64,000 nucleotides of DNA, from contig JAGWBS010000010.1 in NCBI GenBank assembly GCA_021295775.1, positions 45,411 through 109,410 of the forward strand. The letters run 5' to 3'. Numbering within the stretch: the stretch's first letter is position 1; each line of letters begins with the position of its first letter. A program made the position numbers and the translations under genes. Source of the stretch: Pseudomonadota bacterium (lineage in GTDB: Bacteria > Myxococcota_A > UBA9160 > SZUA-336). Below the pieces are notes generated by a model that did no database searches, had not been told where the DNA came from, and saw only the letters and a list, made by a program, of their open reading frames with translations. Below, in pieces: positions 1-12,852 of the stretch.

Positions 1-612
1 CCGCTCGCCTGGAGCGCGCAGGCGCTGGGGCGTGCGCGCGGGGTCGACGGGGTGCTGGCGGTTCTGCCTTCCGATCACCTCGACGAAGCCCGCGATCTCT
101 GTGCCGACTGGGGCGGTCCGGCGCGCTGGCTGGGAGGCTGCGCGGGGGGCGACAGCCGGCAGGAATCGGTGGCGTGCGGAATGCGGGCCCTGGCGGAACG
201 CGCGCCCGACGCCCGCTGGGTCCTGGTTCACGACGCCGCCCGCTGTCTGGTCCTGCCGTCCGACGCCGAACGGGTGCTGGAGGCCGCCCGCTCGAGCGGC
301 GCGGCGCTGCCCGTGGCTCCCGTGACCGACACCGTCAAGCGGATCGAGTCCGGCCGCGTGGTCGAGACGCCGCCTCGCCAGCTCCTGGGCCTGGCGCAGA
401 CCCCCCAGGCGTTCCGGGTGGAATTGCTGGCCGATGCGCTGCGAAGTGCCGAGAGGGACGGATTCGCGGGCAGCGACTGCGCGTCGCTGGTCGAACGCCT
501 GGGGGTCGAGGTGAGGGTCTGCGAGGGCCGCGCCGAGAACTGGAAGGTCACGCACCCGGGCGATCTGGAGCGGGCCGAGGCGATCCTGGCCCCCCGCGGG
601 GCGGAAGTGTGA
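1..612 (+). CDS. ispD: 2-C-methyl-D-erythritol 4-phosphate cytidylyltransferase (IspD), 5' end outside window
   Basis: Frame 1 is open from base 1. Motifs VLVHDAARCLV and GLAQTPQAFR are typical of IspD. The TGA stop at 610-612 overlaps the GTG start of ispF. Confidence 0.9.
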   Translation, partial: PLAWSAQALGRARGVDGVLAVLPSDHLDEARDLCADWGGPARWLGGCAGGDSRQESVACGMRALAERAPDARWVLVHDAARCLVLPSDAERVLEAARSSGAALPVAPVTDTVKRIESGRVVETPPRQLLGLAQTPQAFRVELLADALRSAERDGFAGSDCASLVERLGVEVRVCEGRAENWKVTHPGDLERAEAILAPRGAEV

Positions 613-1112
613 AGCTGCGCGTCGGCGAGGGCTACGACGTGCACCGCCTGGTCGAGGGCCGGCCGTTGATCCTGGGAGGCGTCGAGATTCCGCACGAGCG
701 GGGGCTCGCGGGCCACTCCGACGCGGACGCGCTGGCGCACGCCGTGGGCGACGCGCTGCTCGGCGCAGCCGGCGCGGGCGATCTTGGACAGCACTTCCCC
801 TCGTCCGACCCGCGCTGGCGGGGAGCGTCCGGAGCGACGCTTCTGGCGCGGGTGCTGGAGATCGTCGGACAGGCCGGCTTCGCGCCGGTCAACGTGGACG
901 CGACGCTGGTTGCCCAGGAGCCGCGGCTGGCGCCCTTCGCCGAGGCGATGCGCCGCGGGCTGGCGGAAATGCTGGGATTGGACGAAGCCGCGGTGAACGT
1001 CAAGCTCAAGAGCCACGACGGGCTGGGCGCGCTGGGCCGGGGGGAGGGGATCGCGGCCCGGGCGGTGGCCCTGCTGCAGCAGAGCGCGCCCGAGCGAGGT
1101 CCCGATGGCTGA
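609..1112 (+). CDS. ispF: 2-C-methyl-D-erythritol 2,4-cyclodiphosphate synthase (IspF)
   Basis: The GTG at 609 is in frame with track ORF 174..1112. Motifs GYDVHRL and GHSDADALAHA are present. The length of about 167 aa fits IspF. Confidence 0.93.
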   Translation: MKLRVGEGYDVHRLVEGRPLILGGVEIPHERGLAGHSDADALAHAVGDALLGAAGAGDLGQHFPSSDPRWRGASGATLLARVLEIVGQAGFAPVNVDATLVAQEPRLAPFAEAMRRGLAEMLGLDEAAVNVKLKSHDGLGALGRGEGIAARAVALLQQSAPERGPDG

Positions 1113-2607
1113 GCTTCGGCTCTACAACACGCTCGCGCGCCGCAAACAGCGTTTCGAACCGCTCGAAGCGGGGCGGGCGGGGATCTACACCTGCGGCCCG
1201 ACGGTCTACAGCCACCAGCATCTGGGAAATCTGCGGACCTACGTATTCGCCGATCTGCTGGGGCGCGCGCTGCGCTGGTTCGGCTTCCAGGTCCGGCACG
1301 TCATCAACATCACCGACGTCGGCCATCTCACCGACGACGCCGACGCCGGCGAGGACAAGATGGAGCTGGCCGCGCGTGGCGCAGGTCTTTCGATCTCCGA
1401 AATCGCAGACAAGTGGACGCGAATCTTCAAGCAAGACTTGAAGAAACTACGAGTCCTGGAGCCGGCGGTCTGGTGCAAGGCGACGGAGCACGTTCCCGAG
1501 CAGGTGCGGATGATCGCGGAGCTTGAGGAGAAGGGCTTCACCTACCGCGCCGAGGACGGGATCTACTTCGACGTCTCCAAGGATCCGAACTACGGCGAGC
1601 TGGCGCGCCTGGATCTCGAAACCCAGCGCTCCCAGGAGCGGATCGCCTCGGCCGGGGCGAAGCGCCACCCGGCCGATTTCGCGCTCTGGAAGTTCTCGCC
1701 CGGCGAGGGGCCGCGCCGCCAGATGGAGTGGGAGAGCCCCTGGGGCAGGGGCTTTCCCGGCTGGCACATCGAGTGCTCGGCCATGAGCACCCGCTACCTC
1801 GGCTCCTCGTTCGATATTCACACCGGCGGGATCGATCACGTCCCCGTTCACCACACCAACGAAATCGCGCAATCGGAGAACGCGCTGGGCGTGCGCCCCT
1901 GGGTGCGGGTCTGGATGCACGCCGGCTGGCTGATGCTGGACGGCGGCAAGCTGTCCAAGTCCGCGGGCGGCGCCCCCACGCTCGACGATCTAATCGCCGC
2001 CGGAATCGAACCGGAGGCGTTCCGCTACTTCGCGCTGGGAGCCCACTACCGCCAGCAGGCGCACCTGACCGAGGACGGGCTGCGCCGGGCGCAGCGGAGC
2101 TGGCGGCGGCTCTGCCGCCACCTGGAGGTCTGGGGCGGGGCGCGGGCCGTTCCGGGCGGAGCCGCAGCCGCGCCGCGGAGCGCCGAGGCCGAGCTCTGCC
2201 GGCAGCGGTTCGCGGCCGCGCTGGCGGACGACCTCAACGCTCCCCGCGCTCTGGCCGCCGTCTGGCAGACCGTCCGCAGCGACAGCCTGGCCGACGCGGA
2301 GAAGGCCGCGCTGCTGACGGACTTCGACCAGGTGCTGGGCCTGGGGCTCGAGGCCGTGGTCGGGATCGAGCCGGACGAATCGAGCTCTACCGGCGACTCG
2401 GGTCCGGTGATCGTCTTCGGCGCCGAGGTCGCTCCGGAGCAGCGCGAAGGCATCCGCGAGCTGATCCGCGAACGCGAGTCCGCCCGCCGCGGGCGCGACT
2501 GGCAGCGCGCCGACGCCATTCGCGACCGGCTCGCCGAGGACGGCTTCGCGCTGGAGGACCGATCCGACCAGACAGTGGTGCGCCGGGCGGAAACGGGCCG
2601 TGCCTGA
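1105..2607 (+). CDS. cysS: cysteine--tRNA ligase
   Basis: 500 aa. N-terminus is [30 protein letters not shown] (HIGH-type) and a KLSKS loop (KMSKS-type) is present. The start overlaps the ispF end by 8 nt. Confidence 0.95.
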   Translation: MAELRLYNTLARRKQRFEPLEAGRAGIYTCGPTVYSHQHLGNLRTYVFADLLGRALRWFGFQVRHVINITDVGHLTDDADAGEDKMELAARGAGLSISEIADKWTRIFKQDLKKLRVLEPAVWCKATEHVPEQVRMIAELEEKGFTYRAEDGIYFDVSKDPNYGELARLDLETQRSQERIASAGAKRHPADFALWKFSPGEGPRRQMEWESPWGRGFPGWHIECSAMSTRYLGSSFDIHTGGIDHVPVHHTNEIAQSENALGVRPWVRVWMHAGWLMLDGGKLSKSAGGAPTLDDLIAAGIEPEAFRYFALGAHYRQQAHLTEDGLRRAQRSWRRLCRHLEVWGGARAVPGGAAAAPRSAEAELCRQRFAAALADDLNAPRALAAVWQTVRSDSLADAEKAALLTDFDQVLGLGLEAVVGIEPDESSSTGDSGPVIVFGAEVAPEQREGIRELIRERESARRGRDWQRADAIRDRLAEDGFALEDRSDQTVVRRAETGRA

Positions 2608-4653
2608 GTTCGAGGTCGTCAGCGACTTCGTCCCGCGCGGCGACCAGCCGCGCGCCATCGACGAACTCGTGGCGGGACTCGAAGCGGGTCAGCCCCACCA
2701 GACGCTGCTGGGCATCACCGGCAGCGGCAAGACCGCGACCATGTCCTGGGCGATCGAGCGCGTGCGGCGTCCGACGCTGGTGATGGCGCCGAACAAGACG
2801 CTCGCCGCACAGCTCTACGGCGAGTTCCGGCAGCTCTTTCCGCACAACGCGGTGGAGTACTTCGTCTCGTATTACGACTACTACCAGCCCGAGGCGTACC
2901 TGCCGACCACGGACACCTACATCGAGAAGGACTCCTCGATCAACGACGAGATCGACAAGCTGCGCCACTCGGCCACGCGCTCGGTGCTGTCGCGGCGCGA
3001 CGTGATCGTGGTCGCCAGCGTGTCGTGCATCTTCGGCCTGGGATCGCCCGAGACCTACGGCGAGATGCACGCGTTCCTGGAAGTGGGCGACCGGCTGAAC
3101 CGCGACGATCTGCTGCGCAAGCTGGTCGACATGCTCTACGACCGCAACGACTACGACTTCCACCGCGGAACCTTCCGCGTGCGCGGCGACAGCGTGGAGA
3201 TCTTCCCGGCCTACGAGGACGAGCGGGCGCTGCGGATCGAGTTCTTCGGCGACGAGATCGAGTCGATCGCCGAGATCGATCCGCTGCGCGGCAAGACGCT
3301 GGCTCGGCTGTCCAAGAGCATCGTCTTCCCCAACAGCCACTACGTGTCGACCTCCGACCGGATCCAGCGGGCCATCGAGGGCATCCGCGGGGAACTCGAC
3401 CAGCGGATTCAGCAATTTCGGCGCGAGAACAAGCTGCTGGAAGCCCAGCGCATCGAGCAGCGCACCCTGTACGACGTGGAGATGCTCTCGGAGATGGGCT
3501 TCTGCCACGGCGTGGAGAACTACTCGCGCTGGCTCGACGGTCGCGAGGAGGGCCAGACCCCGTACACGCTGCTCAACTACTTTCCCAGCGACTACCTGTG
3601 CATCGTCGACGAGAGCCACGTCGCCGTCCCCCAGATCGGCGGCATGTTCCGGGGGGACCGGCGGCGCAAGGAGACGCTGGTGGAGTACGGATTCCGGCTG
3701 CCCTCGGCGCTCGACAACCGCCCGCTGCGCTTCGAAGAGTGGGAGGCTCGCGCGTCCAGCGTGGTCTTCGTCTCCGCCACTCCGGCCGAGTACGAGTTGA
3801 AAAAGAGCTGCGGAGTGATCGTCGAGCAGATCATCCGTCCCACCGGCCTGATGGATCCCGAGGTCGAGATCCGTCCCGCCGGCAACCAGGTCGAGGACCT
3901 GCTGGAGGAGATCCGGCAGCGCGTCTCGCTCGGGGACCGCGTGCTGGTGACGACCCTGACCAAGCGCATGGCCGAGGAGTTGACGAACTACTACCAGGAG
4001 ATCGGCATCCGCGTGCGCTACCTGCATTCGGAGATCCCGACGATCGAGCGCACGGAGATCCTGCGGGATCTGCGCTCGGGCGAGTTCGACGTGCTGGTCG
4101 GGATCAATCTGCTGCGGGAGGGCCTCAACTTGCCGGAGGTGTCGCTGGTCGCAGTTCTCGACGCGGACAAGGAGGGCTTCCTGCGCTCGACGCGCTCGCT
4201 GATCCAGACGATGGGGCGGGCGGCGCGCAACGTGCGCGGCAAAGTCCTGCTCTACGCCGACGTCGAGACGGGCTCGATCCGCGAGGCGGTGGCCGAAACC
4301 CAGCGCCGCCGGCAGGCGCAGGGCGAGTACAACCGGACCCACGGCATCACTCCACGGACCGTGCAGGCGGAGATCTCCAGCCTGACCGAGAGTCTGTACG
4401 AGGCGGACTACGTGACCGTGCCGCTGGTGGCGGACGCGCCCGCGGAGCCGGATGAGGTCGCCCGGCGGGTCCGGGAGCTGCGCAAGCAGATGCGCGCGGC
4501 GGTCGAGGAACTGGAGTTCGAGCGCGCCGCCGACTTCCGCGACGAGATCCGGCGCCTCGAGCAGGGAGCCGTGATGGAGGGCTTCGAGAGCCGGCCGAGC
4601 GCCCGCGGGGAGTCCCGCAGGAGTTCCGGCCGACGCGACGGGCGCAGGCGCCG

Positions 4654-4657
<4 letters not shown>
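2600..4657 (+). CDS. uvrB: excinuclease ABC subunit B
   Basis: 685 aa. Walker [13 protein letters not shown] box, helicase C region and a C-terminal UVR motif ([18 protein letters not shown]). Overlaps cysS by 8 nt. Confidence 0.97.
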
Positions 4658-6585
<1,928 letters not shown>

Positions 6586-6635
6586 ACCGGCGAACCTCGC
6601 CAGCGTATCCTGAGCCGCGCCGAGCAGGAGGGAGC

Positions 6636-7598
6636 ATGCCGCAACCCGTTTGGGAACAGATCGAGCCGGGGCACGAGATTCCGGCGTTCGAGCGGACCTC
6701 CGATCTGGCGCACTGGAACCGCTACGCGGCCGTGAACGACGAATTCATCCCGATCCACATGGACCCCGCCGACGCGATCGCCGCCGGTCAGAGGGACGTG
6801 TTCGGGATGGGCAATCTGCGGGTTTCCTACCTGCACAACGCGCTGCGCGCCTGGCTGGGCCCGGGTGGCGACATCGTCGAGTTCCGCTGCGAGTTCCGCG
6901 GCTTCAATTTCAAGCACGACCGGCTGCGCTCGCGGGCGGTCGCGACCGGCACGGAGCGGCGCGGTACCGCGAATCTGGTCCACTTCGAGCTGTGCGTGGA
7001 GAACCAGGACGGCGTCGACACCTGTCCCGGGCGGGCCACCGCGCTGCTCTTCGAGGCCGGCGAGGCGCGCGTTCTGCCCGAGCCCGAGCTGGACGCGCCG
7101 GCTCGCGAGCGGGAGCCCGGCGTGTACCTGGACCGCGCGACGATCGAGGCTGTGGGTTCGGCGTCCGAGCCGGTGATCTCCCTGGCGGTGGGCGAGAACG
7201 ACATCCGGCGCTGGGCCATGGCGATTCACCACCCCGAGCCGCCCCCGCTGGAGTTCTACGACGAATCGATCGCGCGCCGCGGCCCCTGGGGCGGGTTGGT
7301 CGCGCCGCGCGAGTTCAACCCGTTTGCCTGGATGCTGCCCTCGCCGGGCGGCTATCCGTGGCTGCGGGAGATCGGGACCGAGCCCGGCCACCGCGTGCTG
7401 AACGGCGGGCAGCACAATCTGTACTTCGAGCCGATTCGCCCCGGCGACCGGATCGAAGCGGTCCGCCGCCTGTTCGACGTGTACGAGAAACGGGGCGGGC
7501 GCACCGGCGCGATGCTCTTCTACGTCACCGAGAACCGCTGGACCAACCAGCGGGGGGAACTCGTGCGGCTGGGCTACCAGACGACCATTTTCTACTGA
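6636..7598 (+). CDS. MaoC-like hotdog-fold dehydratase (two hotdog modules)
   Basis: The ATG at 6636 is in frame with the tail of track ORF 5229..7598 and is preceded by GGAGGGAG. Two hotdog-like halves are visible (WNRYAAVNDEFIPIHMDP... and GENDIRRWAMAI...). Confidence 0.75.
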   Translation: MPQPVWEQIEPGHEIPAFERTSDLAHWNRYAAVNDEFIPIHMDPADAIAAGQRDVFGMGNLRVSYLHNALRAWLGPGGDIVEFRCEFRGFNFKHDRLRSRAVATGTERRGTANLVHFELCVENQDGVDTCPGRATALLFEAGEARVLPEPELDAPAREREPGVYLDRATIEAVGSASEPVISLAVGENDIRRWAMAIHHPEPPPLEFYDESIARRGPWGGLVAPREFNPFAWMLPSPGGYPWLREIGTEPGHRVLNGGQHNLYFEPIRPGDRIEAVRRLFDVYEKRGGRTGAMLFYVTENRWTNQRGELVRLGYQTTIFY

Positions 7599-7608
7599 GG
7601 GGGCGGCC

Positions 7609-9351
7609 ATGCGCCCGGGAATCCAAGTACTGACCGCCACGGCCCTCGCGATCGCGTTCGCGGGCTCCTCGGCGGCCGATCCGTCTCCGCCCCCCGATAC
7701 GATCTTCGTCGGGGGCGCGGTGCTGACCGTCGACGAGACCCGTCCCGTCGCCGGGGGCGTCGCGGTCGCGGCGGGGCGCATCGTGGAGGTCGGCGCGGAG
7801 GACGAGATCCGGGCGCTGGCCGGTCCCGAGACCCGCGTCGTCGAACTGGCCGGGCGCGCCCTGGTGCCTGGTTTCGTCGACTCGCACAGCCATCTCGTTT
7901 TGGCCTCGCAGACGCTCGCCTTCATGGCCGACCTGAACGCGCCCCCGATCGGACGCGTCCGCACGGTCGAGCAGGCGCTGGCGGCACTGCGCGCGCAGGC
8001 GGAACGCACGCCGCCCGGCCAGTGGATCGTCGGAATGGGTTACGACGACACCCTGCTGGCCGAACGGCGCCATCTCGACCGCCGCGACCTCGACCTCGTT
8101 TCGCGGCAGCGGGCGGTGCTGGCGATCCACGTGTCGGGCCACTTCTACGCCGCCAACTCCGTGGCGCTGGAGTTGGCGGGCATCGACGCCGACACGCCCG
8201 ACCCCGAGGGCGGAGTGATCCGCCGGGATCCGGACAGCGGCGAGCCGGACGGCGTGCTGGAAGAGATCGCCGCCGCTCTGCCGCTGCTCGTCCGGATGCC
8301 GGCCCGGCCGCGGGAAGCGCGTCTGGAGGCGCTGGAGCGGATGGCGCACGTCTACGCCAGCCGCGGAGTGACGACGGCCCAGGACGGCGCCGCGGGGCTG
8401 GAGACGATCGGCGATCTGCAGGCACTCGTCCGGACCGGGGGAATGCCGATCCGGGTGGTGGCGCTGCCGACCGCCGACGCGGTCGAGCCGCTACTGGCGG
8501 GCGAACTCGCGGACCCGCGGATCCCCGACGAACGCCTGACGCTGGGACCGGTCAAACTGGTCGCCGACGGCTCGATCCAGGGTTTCACCGGCTATCTGAG
8601 CCGCCCCTACCACACTCCCTTCCAGGGAGACCCCGACTATCGGGGATATCCCACGCTGAGCGGCGACGCGCTCGCCGCCAGCGTCGCGCGTCTGCACGCA
8701 GCTGGCCTGCAGCTGGCGATCCACGGCAACGGAGACGCGGCCATCGACGCGATCCTGACCGCGCTCGAGGCGGCGCTCCACGAGACGCCGCATCCCGATC
8801 CGCGGCTGGTCGTCATCCACGCCCAGATGGCGCGGGAGGACCAGCTCGATCAGATGCTTCGGCTGGGGGCCACGCCGTCGTTCTTCGCCCTGCACACCTA
8901 CTACTGGGGCGACCGCCACCGGGACGTCTTCATCGGTCCCGAGCGCGCCCGGCGCATCAGTCCGGCGCGTTCCGCCCGCGAGCGCGAACTGCGCTTCAGC
9001 ATCCACACCGACGCGCCGGTGGTCCCGATGGACGTGCTGAAGCTGATGGCGACGGCCATCGACCGCAGAACCACGAGTGGCGAAGTCCTGGGTCCCGAGC
9101 AGCGGTTGACGCCGGACGAGGCGCTGCGGGCGGTGACGCTGGACGCCGCCTGGCAGTATCGGCTCGAGGATTCGCGCGGCTCGATCGAGCCGGGCAAGCT
9201 GGCCGACCTGGTAGTGCTCTCGGCGGATCCGAGCCGGCGTGCCGTGCGGATCGACCAACTCCGGGTCGACCAGACCTGGGTCGGGGGGAAGCGGGTCTTC
9301 GAGCGGCCGCTCCCGGCGGACACAGTGAATTCTCCTTCCGAGTCCGAGTAA
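7609..9351 (+). CDS. secreted metal-dependent amidohydrolase (Amidohydro_3 / YtcJ-like)
   Basis: 580 aa. N-terminal signal-like segment (VLTATALAIAFAGSSAA), HxH metal motif in PGFVDSHSHL, and later AIHGNGD, VIHAQ and SIHTDAPV. Confidence 0.8.
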   Translation: MRPGIQVLTATALAIAFAGSSAADPSPPPDTIFVGGAVLTVDETRPVAGGVAVAAGRIVEVGAEDEIRALAGPETRVVELAGRALVPGFVDSHSHLVLASQTLAFMADLNAPPIGRVRTVEQALAALRAQAERTPPGQWIVGMGYDDTLLAERRHLDRRDLDLVSRQRAVLAIHVSGHFYAANSVALELAGIDADTPDPEGGVIRRDPDSGEPDGVLEEIAAALPLLVRMPARPREARLEALERMAHVYASRGVTTAQDGAAGLETIGDLQALVRTGGMPIRVVALPTADAVEPLLAGELADPRIPDERLTLGPVKLVADGSIQGFTGYLSRPYHTPFQGDPDYRGYPTLSGDALAASVARLHAAGLQLAIHGNGDAAIDAILTALEAALHETPHPDPRLVVIHAQMAREDQLDQMLRLGATPSFFALHTYYWGDRHRDVFIGPERARRISPARSARERELRFSIHTDAPVVPMDVLKLMATAIDRRTTSGEVLGPEQRLTPDEALRAVTLDAAWQYRLEDSRGSIEPGKLADLVVLSADPSRRAVRIDQLRVDQTWVGGKRVFERPLPADTVNSPSESE

Positions 9352-9582
9352 ACCCGCCCACGACCCGGAAGCGGAGCTTTTCCGCGCCGCCGGCTCCCGC
9401 GCCCGGCCTAGCCTGCGAGGCTGCGCGAGAGCGCCCGGGAGAGCGGGGCTTCGCTCCCTCGCGGTCCGACCCGGCCCGGCACCCGGATTGCTGGCTTCCG
9501 CAGGTGGCGCGATCCGCCAACCCCGTATTCCCGGTCCCGGCCGAGTCGACCGACGCACCGCGCTCCCCTGCTGCGCCTCGTC

Positions 9583-11916
9583 TTGCCGTTCGCCCTCGGA
9601 CTGGGGGCCGAAGACTTCCTCGAATGGCCGCCACTGGCGGGGCTGGGTCTGCTGGGCCTGGGGCTGGTGGGCTGGGCCGGCCGCGCGCGCGTGCCGGGCG
9701 AGTGCGTCGCCGCCGGCGCCCTGGGTCTGCTGGTCCTCTCCCTGAGGCTGCACGCGCCGGTGCCGGAGCTCGACCGAAACCCGGTCGAGCTGACCCTGCT
9801 GGCGGCCCCGCGCGCCTTCGGGGAGCGCTGCGAGCTGCTCGCCTATCTGCACGCCGAGAGACCCGGGCGAGCGCGGCTCTGGGCCGGGTCCGGAGCGTGC
9901 CGACTGCTCCCCGCGCAGAAGCTGCTGGCCCGGGTGGAACTCCTGCCGCAGCGCGGCTGGCGCAATCCGGGGCAGGGCGACGCGCGGCGGCGCAGCCGGC
10001 GGCGCGGCATTCGCGCCGTAGGCCGAATCTCCGAGGGAGAGTGGGTGGCGATCGCGGAAGCGCCGCTCACTCCCTCGGCCGCCGTGCAGGCGCTGAGGCT
10101 GAGGCTGGGGGATGCGCTCGACCCGCCCGAGCGTCCCACCCGGGCCGGTGCGCTGCTGCGGGCGTTGGCGCTGGGGGACCGCTCGCGCCTCTCCCCCGAG
10201 ATCCGGGGATCCTTCGCCCGCTCCGGAACCGCGCATCTGCTGGCCGTGTCCGGCCTGCACGTCGGTTGGCTGTTCGCGATCGCGCACGCGCTGCTGTACA
10301 CCATGGCCCGCTGTGCCGCCCCGCTGGCATGGCTGCGGCGCGCCCGGGCGGTTTCGCTGGCGGCGAGCGCGCTGCTCGCGCTCGGCTATGCCCTGCTGTC
10401 GGGGCTGGGCGTTCCCGCACTGCGTGCCTGCGTGATGGCGCTGGCGGGGGTCGTGGCGCTGATCGCGGGCCGCCCCGGGGTGGCCTGGAACGCCCTGCTG
10501 CTCGCGGCCCTGGCCACGCTGGCCGTCGACCCCGCCTGTCTTTTCGAACCCTCGGGCTGGCTGTCCTTCTCGGCGGTCGCGGGCCTGCTGCTGTGGAGGC
10601 CGCCCCCGCGGTGGGCGACCGGCCTGGTGCACTGTGCGCTGGCGGCGGGCTGTGCGACGGCGCCGCTGATCGCGCTGCTGGGCTTGCCGCTGCCGCTCGC
10701 CGGCCTGGCCGCCAACCTGCTGGCGGTGCCGTTCTTCGGGGCGGTGCTGCTCCCCCTCGCGCTTTTCGCGGCCGCGTTCGAAACCACCTTGCCCGAACTC
10801 GGGCCGGGCGCGCTGGCGCGCGTGTCTGCGGAGCTGGGGCTGCGTCTGGTGGAATCGGTCGAGAGCCCGGATCTGCTGCGCCGGGCCGGGTTTCCGCTGC
10901 TGTTCACCGTGGCCCTGACCGCGACGGCGTTCTGTCTGCGCCGACTCGCGCTGGGAGGCCCGCGCCGGCTGCTCGCCGTCTCCGCTCTTTCCGCCGCGGT
11001 CGCGGCGGCGAGCATGGCGCTGCCGGTCCGCAACCTGCGCGTCGACCCGTTCGAGCTGGTGTTCCTGGACGTGGGGCAGGGCGACGCCACTCTGGCGAGG
11101 GCCGGGCGCCGGGCCTGGCTGATCGACAGCGGGGACCGGCGCTCCGGCTACGACGCCGGCCGTTCGGTGGTCGCGCCGGCCCTGCGTTCTCTGGGCGTGC
11201 GGAAGCTCGACGCGCTGCTGATCACCCACGCCGACCGCGACCACAGCGGCGGGGCGCGGGCGGTCCTTGAAGCGTTGCCGGTTGGCGAGCTCTGGCTCAC
11301 GCGCTGGTTGGCGGCGGACTCGGCCGGACGCCGCCTGCTGCGGGCCGCGTCCCGGCTCGGGGTCCCGGCTCGGATCGTCTCGGCCGGCGACTCGCTGGGC
11401 AGCCGGGAACTCGGACTCGACGTCCTGTGGCCGCCGGCGTCCCGGACTCCACGCAGCTCGAACGCGGGCTCAGTCGTGCTTCGGGCGCACGCTCCCGCCG
11501 GCTGCGCCATGCTTCCGGCCGACGCGCCCGCCGACGTCGAGCGGATCCTGGCGCGCGATCTCGGCGCCTGCCGTCTTCTGAAGCTGGGTCACCACGGCAG
11601 CCAGTCCTCGAGCGCGGGCGAGTTGCTCGACGCGCTGGGGGCGGACGTGGCGATCGCCAGCGCGGGCCGGCGTCCACGCTCGCCGCTGCCGCACTCGTCG
11701 GTCCTCCACCGGCTCGGGAGACGCTCGATCACGCTCTGGGAGACGCGTCGCTTCGGCGCACTGAGCGTTCGGATGAGGCCGGGTCCGGGCGGAATGGTCG
11801 TGAGTCCGTCGCTCCCGGGGAGACCGGACTCCGCGTCCGGCGCCGCTCCGGAACGCCCGTTTCCGAGCGAAGGCTGGATGCTTCCGGACGGAGCGCCGCG
11901 AGGTCGGGGCCGGTAG
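9583..11916 (+). CDS. comEC: DNA internalization-related competence protein ComEC/Rec2 with C-terminal metallo-beta-lactamase domain
   Basis: Polytopic membrane core with the HLLAVSGLHVG motif. MBL part has VFLDVGQGDATL ... ITHADRDHSGG ... KLGHHGS. The TTG start at 9583 is uncertain; in-frame CTG codons lie just upstream. Confidence 0.85.
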   Translation: MPFALGLGAEDFLEWPPLAGLGLLGLGLVGWAGRARVPGECVAAGALGLLVLSLRLHAPVPELDRNPVELTLLAAPRAFGERCELLAYLHAERPGRARLWAGSGACRLLPAQKLLARVELLPQRGWRNPGQGDARRRSRRRGIRAVGRISEGEWVAIAEAPLTPSAAVQALRLRLGDALDPPERPTRAGALLRALALGDRSRLSPEIRGSFARSGTAHLLAVSGLHVGWLFAIAHALLYTMARCAAPLAWLRRARAVSLAASALLALGYALLSGLGVPALRACVMALAGVVALIAGRPGVAWNALLLAALATLAVDPACLFEPSGWLSFSAVAGLLLWRPPPRWATGLVHCALAAGCATAPLIALLGLPLPLAGLAANLLAVPFFGAVLLPLALFAAAFETTLPELGPGALARVSAELGLRLVESVESPDLLRRAGFPLLFTVALTATAFCLRRLALGGPRRLLAVSALSAAVAAASMALPVRNLRVDPFELVFLDVGQGDATLARAGRRAWLIDSGDRRSGYDAGRSVVAPALRSLGVRKLDALLITHADRDHSGGARAVLEALPVGELWLTRWLAADSAGRRLLRAASRLGVPARIVSAGDSLGSRELGLDVLWPPASRTPRSSNAGSVVLRAHAPAGCAMLPADAPADVERILARDLGACRLLKLGHHGSQSSSAGELLDALGADVAIASAGRRPRSPLPHSSVLHRLGRRSITLWETRRFGALSVRMRPGPGGMVVSPSLPGRPDSASGAAPERPFPSEGWMLPDGAPRGRGR

Positions 11917-11919
11917 CCT

Positions 11920-12852
11920 GTGGCCATGTCCGAAACCGGGAACTCCCCCGCAGATCGCCAGCCGTCGTCGCGTAGTCCAGCGACCGAGGTGGCGCGATTC
12001 GCGCTGGACTCCGCGGCGGTGGATCGACTGGTGGCCGAGCTGGACGCCCTGGGGACCCTGGGCGTGGAGGAGCGAGCCCACGGCGACGGCGCCTGCCTGC
12101 TCGCCTATTTCACCCGCGGCCAGGTCGAACGCGCGCGGCTGTTCGCGCTGGAACGGACCGTTACCTCGCTTCGCTGCCTGGGAGTGGAGCCCGTCCCGGA
12201 AACGGACTGGGAACGGGAGTCGCGTCGAGGTCTGTCTCCGCGCTGCATCGGGGGGCTCTGGGTGCGCCCGTCGTGGTGCGCGCCCGTCGCCGAGCCGGAG
12301 CTGGTGATCGATCCCCGGCAGGCGTTCGGATCGGGAGAGCACGCCAGCACGCGGCTGGCGCTCCGGCTCACGCTCGCCGAACTCCGCCCCGGAGACTCGC
12401 TGCTCGACGTGGGCACCGGCAGCGGAATTCTGGGGCTCGCGGCGCTGCGCCGCGGCGCCGGCAGCGCGCTGGGGGTGGATGTCGATCCCGTCGCCTGCAG
12501 AAACGCGAACCAGAACCGGGCCGGAAACGCCCTGCCGCTGGGCCTGGTCTGCGGCACGCCAGATTCGCTCCGCCCCGGATGGCTCTGGGACATGGTGGTC
12601 GCGAACCTGCTCTGGAGCGAGCTGAGGCCGATCTTCGGCCGGCTCCGCGGGCACGCGCGGCGCGCCCTGATCGTGTCGGGTCTGCTCGCTTCGCAGGCGG
12701 CGGAACTCGAGCACGCCTGCGCGGTTTCGGGCTGGCGCTGCGCGCGCGAGCTGAGCGAAGAGCAGTCCGGGGACGTCTGGGTCGCCCGCTCGCTCTACCC
12801 CCGCGACCGCCAGTCGTCCAGAAGCTCGTCCAGCGTGTCCTCCAGGGCGTAG
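11920..12852 (+). CDS. prmA: ribosomal protein L11 methyltransferase
   Basis: 310 aa. SAM-binding motif DVGTGSGILGLAA..GVDVDP and typical PrmA length. The 3' end overlaps the convergent epimerase gene by 58 nt. Confidence 0.85.
   Translation: MAMSETGNSPADRQPSSRSPATEVARFALDSAAVDRLVAELDALGTLGVEERAHGDGACLLAYFTRGQVERARLFALERTVTSLRCLGVEPVPETDWERESRRGLSPRCIGGLWVRPSWCAPVAEPELVIDPRQAFGSGEHASTRLALRLTLAELRPGDSLLDVGTGSGILGLAALRRGAGSALGVDVDPVACRNANQNRAGNALPLGLVCGTPDSLRPGWLWDMVVANLLWSELRPIFGRLRGHARRALIVSGLLASQAAELEHACAVSGWRCARELSEEQSGDVWVARSLYPRDRQSSRSSSSVSSRA

Noticed and set aside
9352-9582. 231-nt gap upstream of comEC as a possible ncRNA or riboswitch.
   Set aside because: I could find no conserved-looking structure beyond short GC stems. 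The comEC frame stays open through the gap with in-frame CTG codons, so the gap is at least partly an artefact of start-codon choice.
8022-11270. Very long alternative-frame ORFs. Examples are 8022..11270 (+), 8491..11244 (-), 2387..4342 (-), 4408..6522 (-), 5229..6635 (+), 42815..45127 (-) and the 5' extensions of 37175..39871, 55500..58031, 56237..59251 and 59872..61674.
   Set aside because: Their translations are Arg/Pro/Gly/Ala-rich low-complexity strings with no motifs. They overlap genes with clear family signatures in another frame or strand. Stop codons are rare at ~70% GC, so such shadow ORFs are expected.
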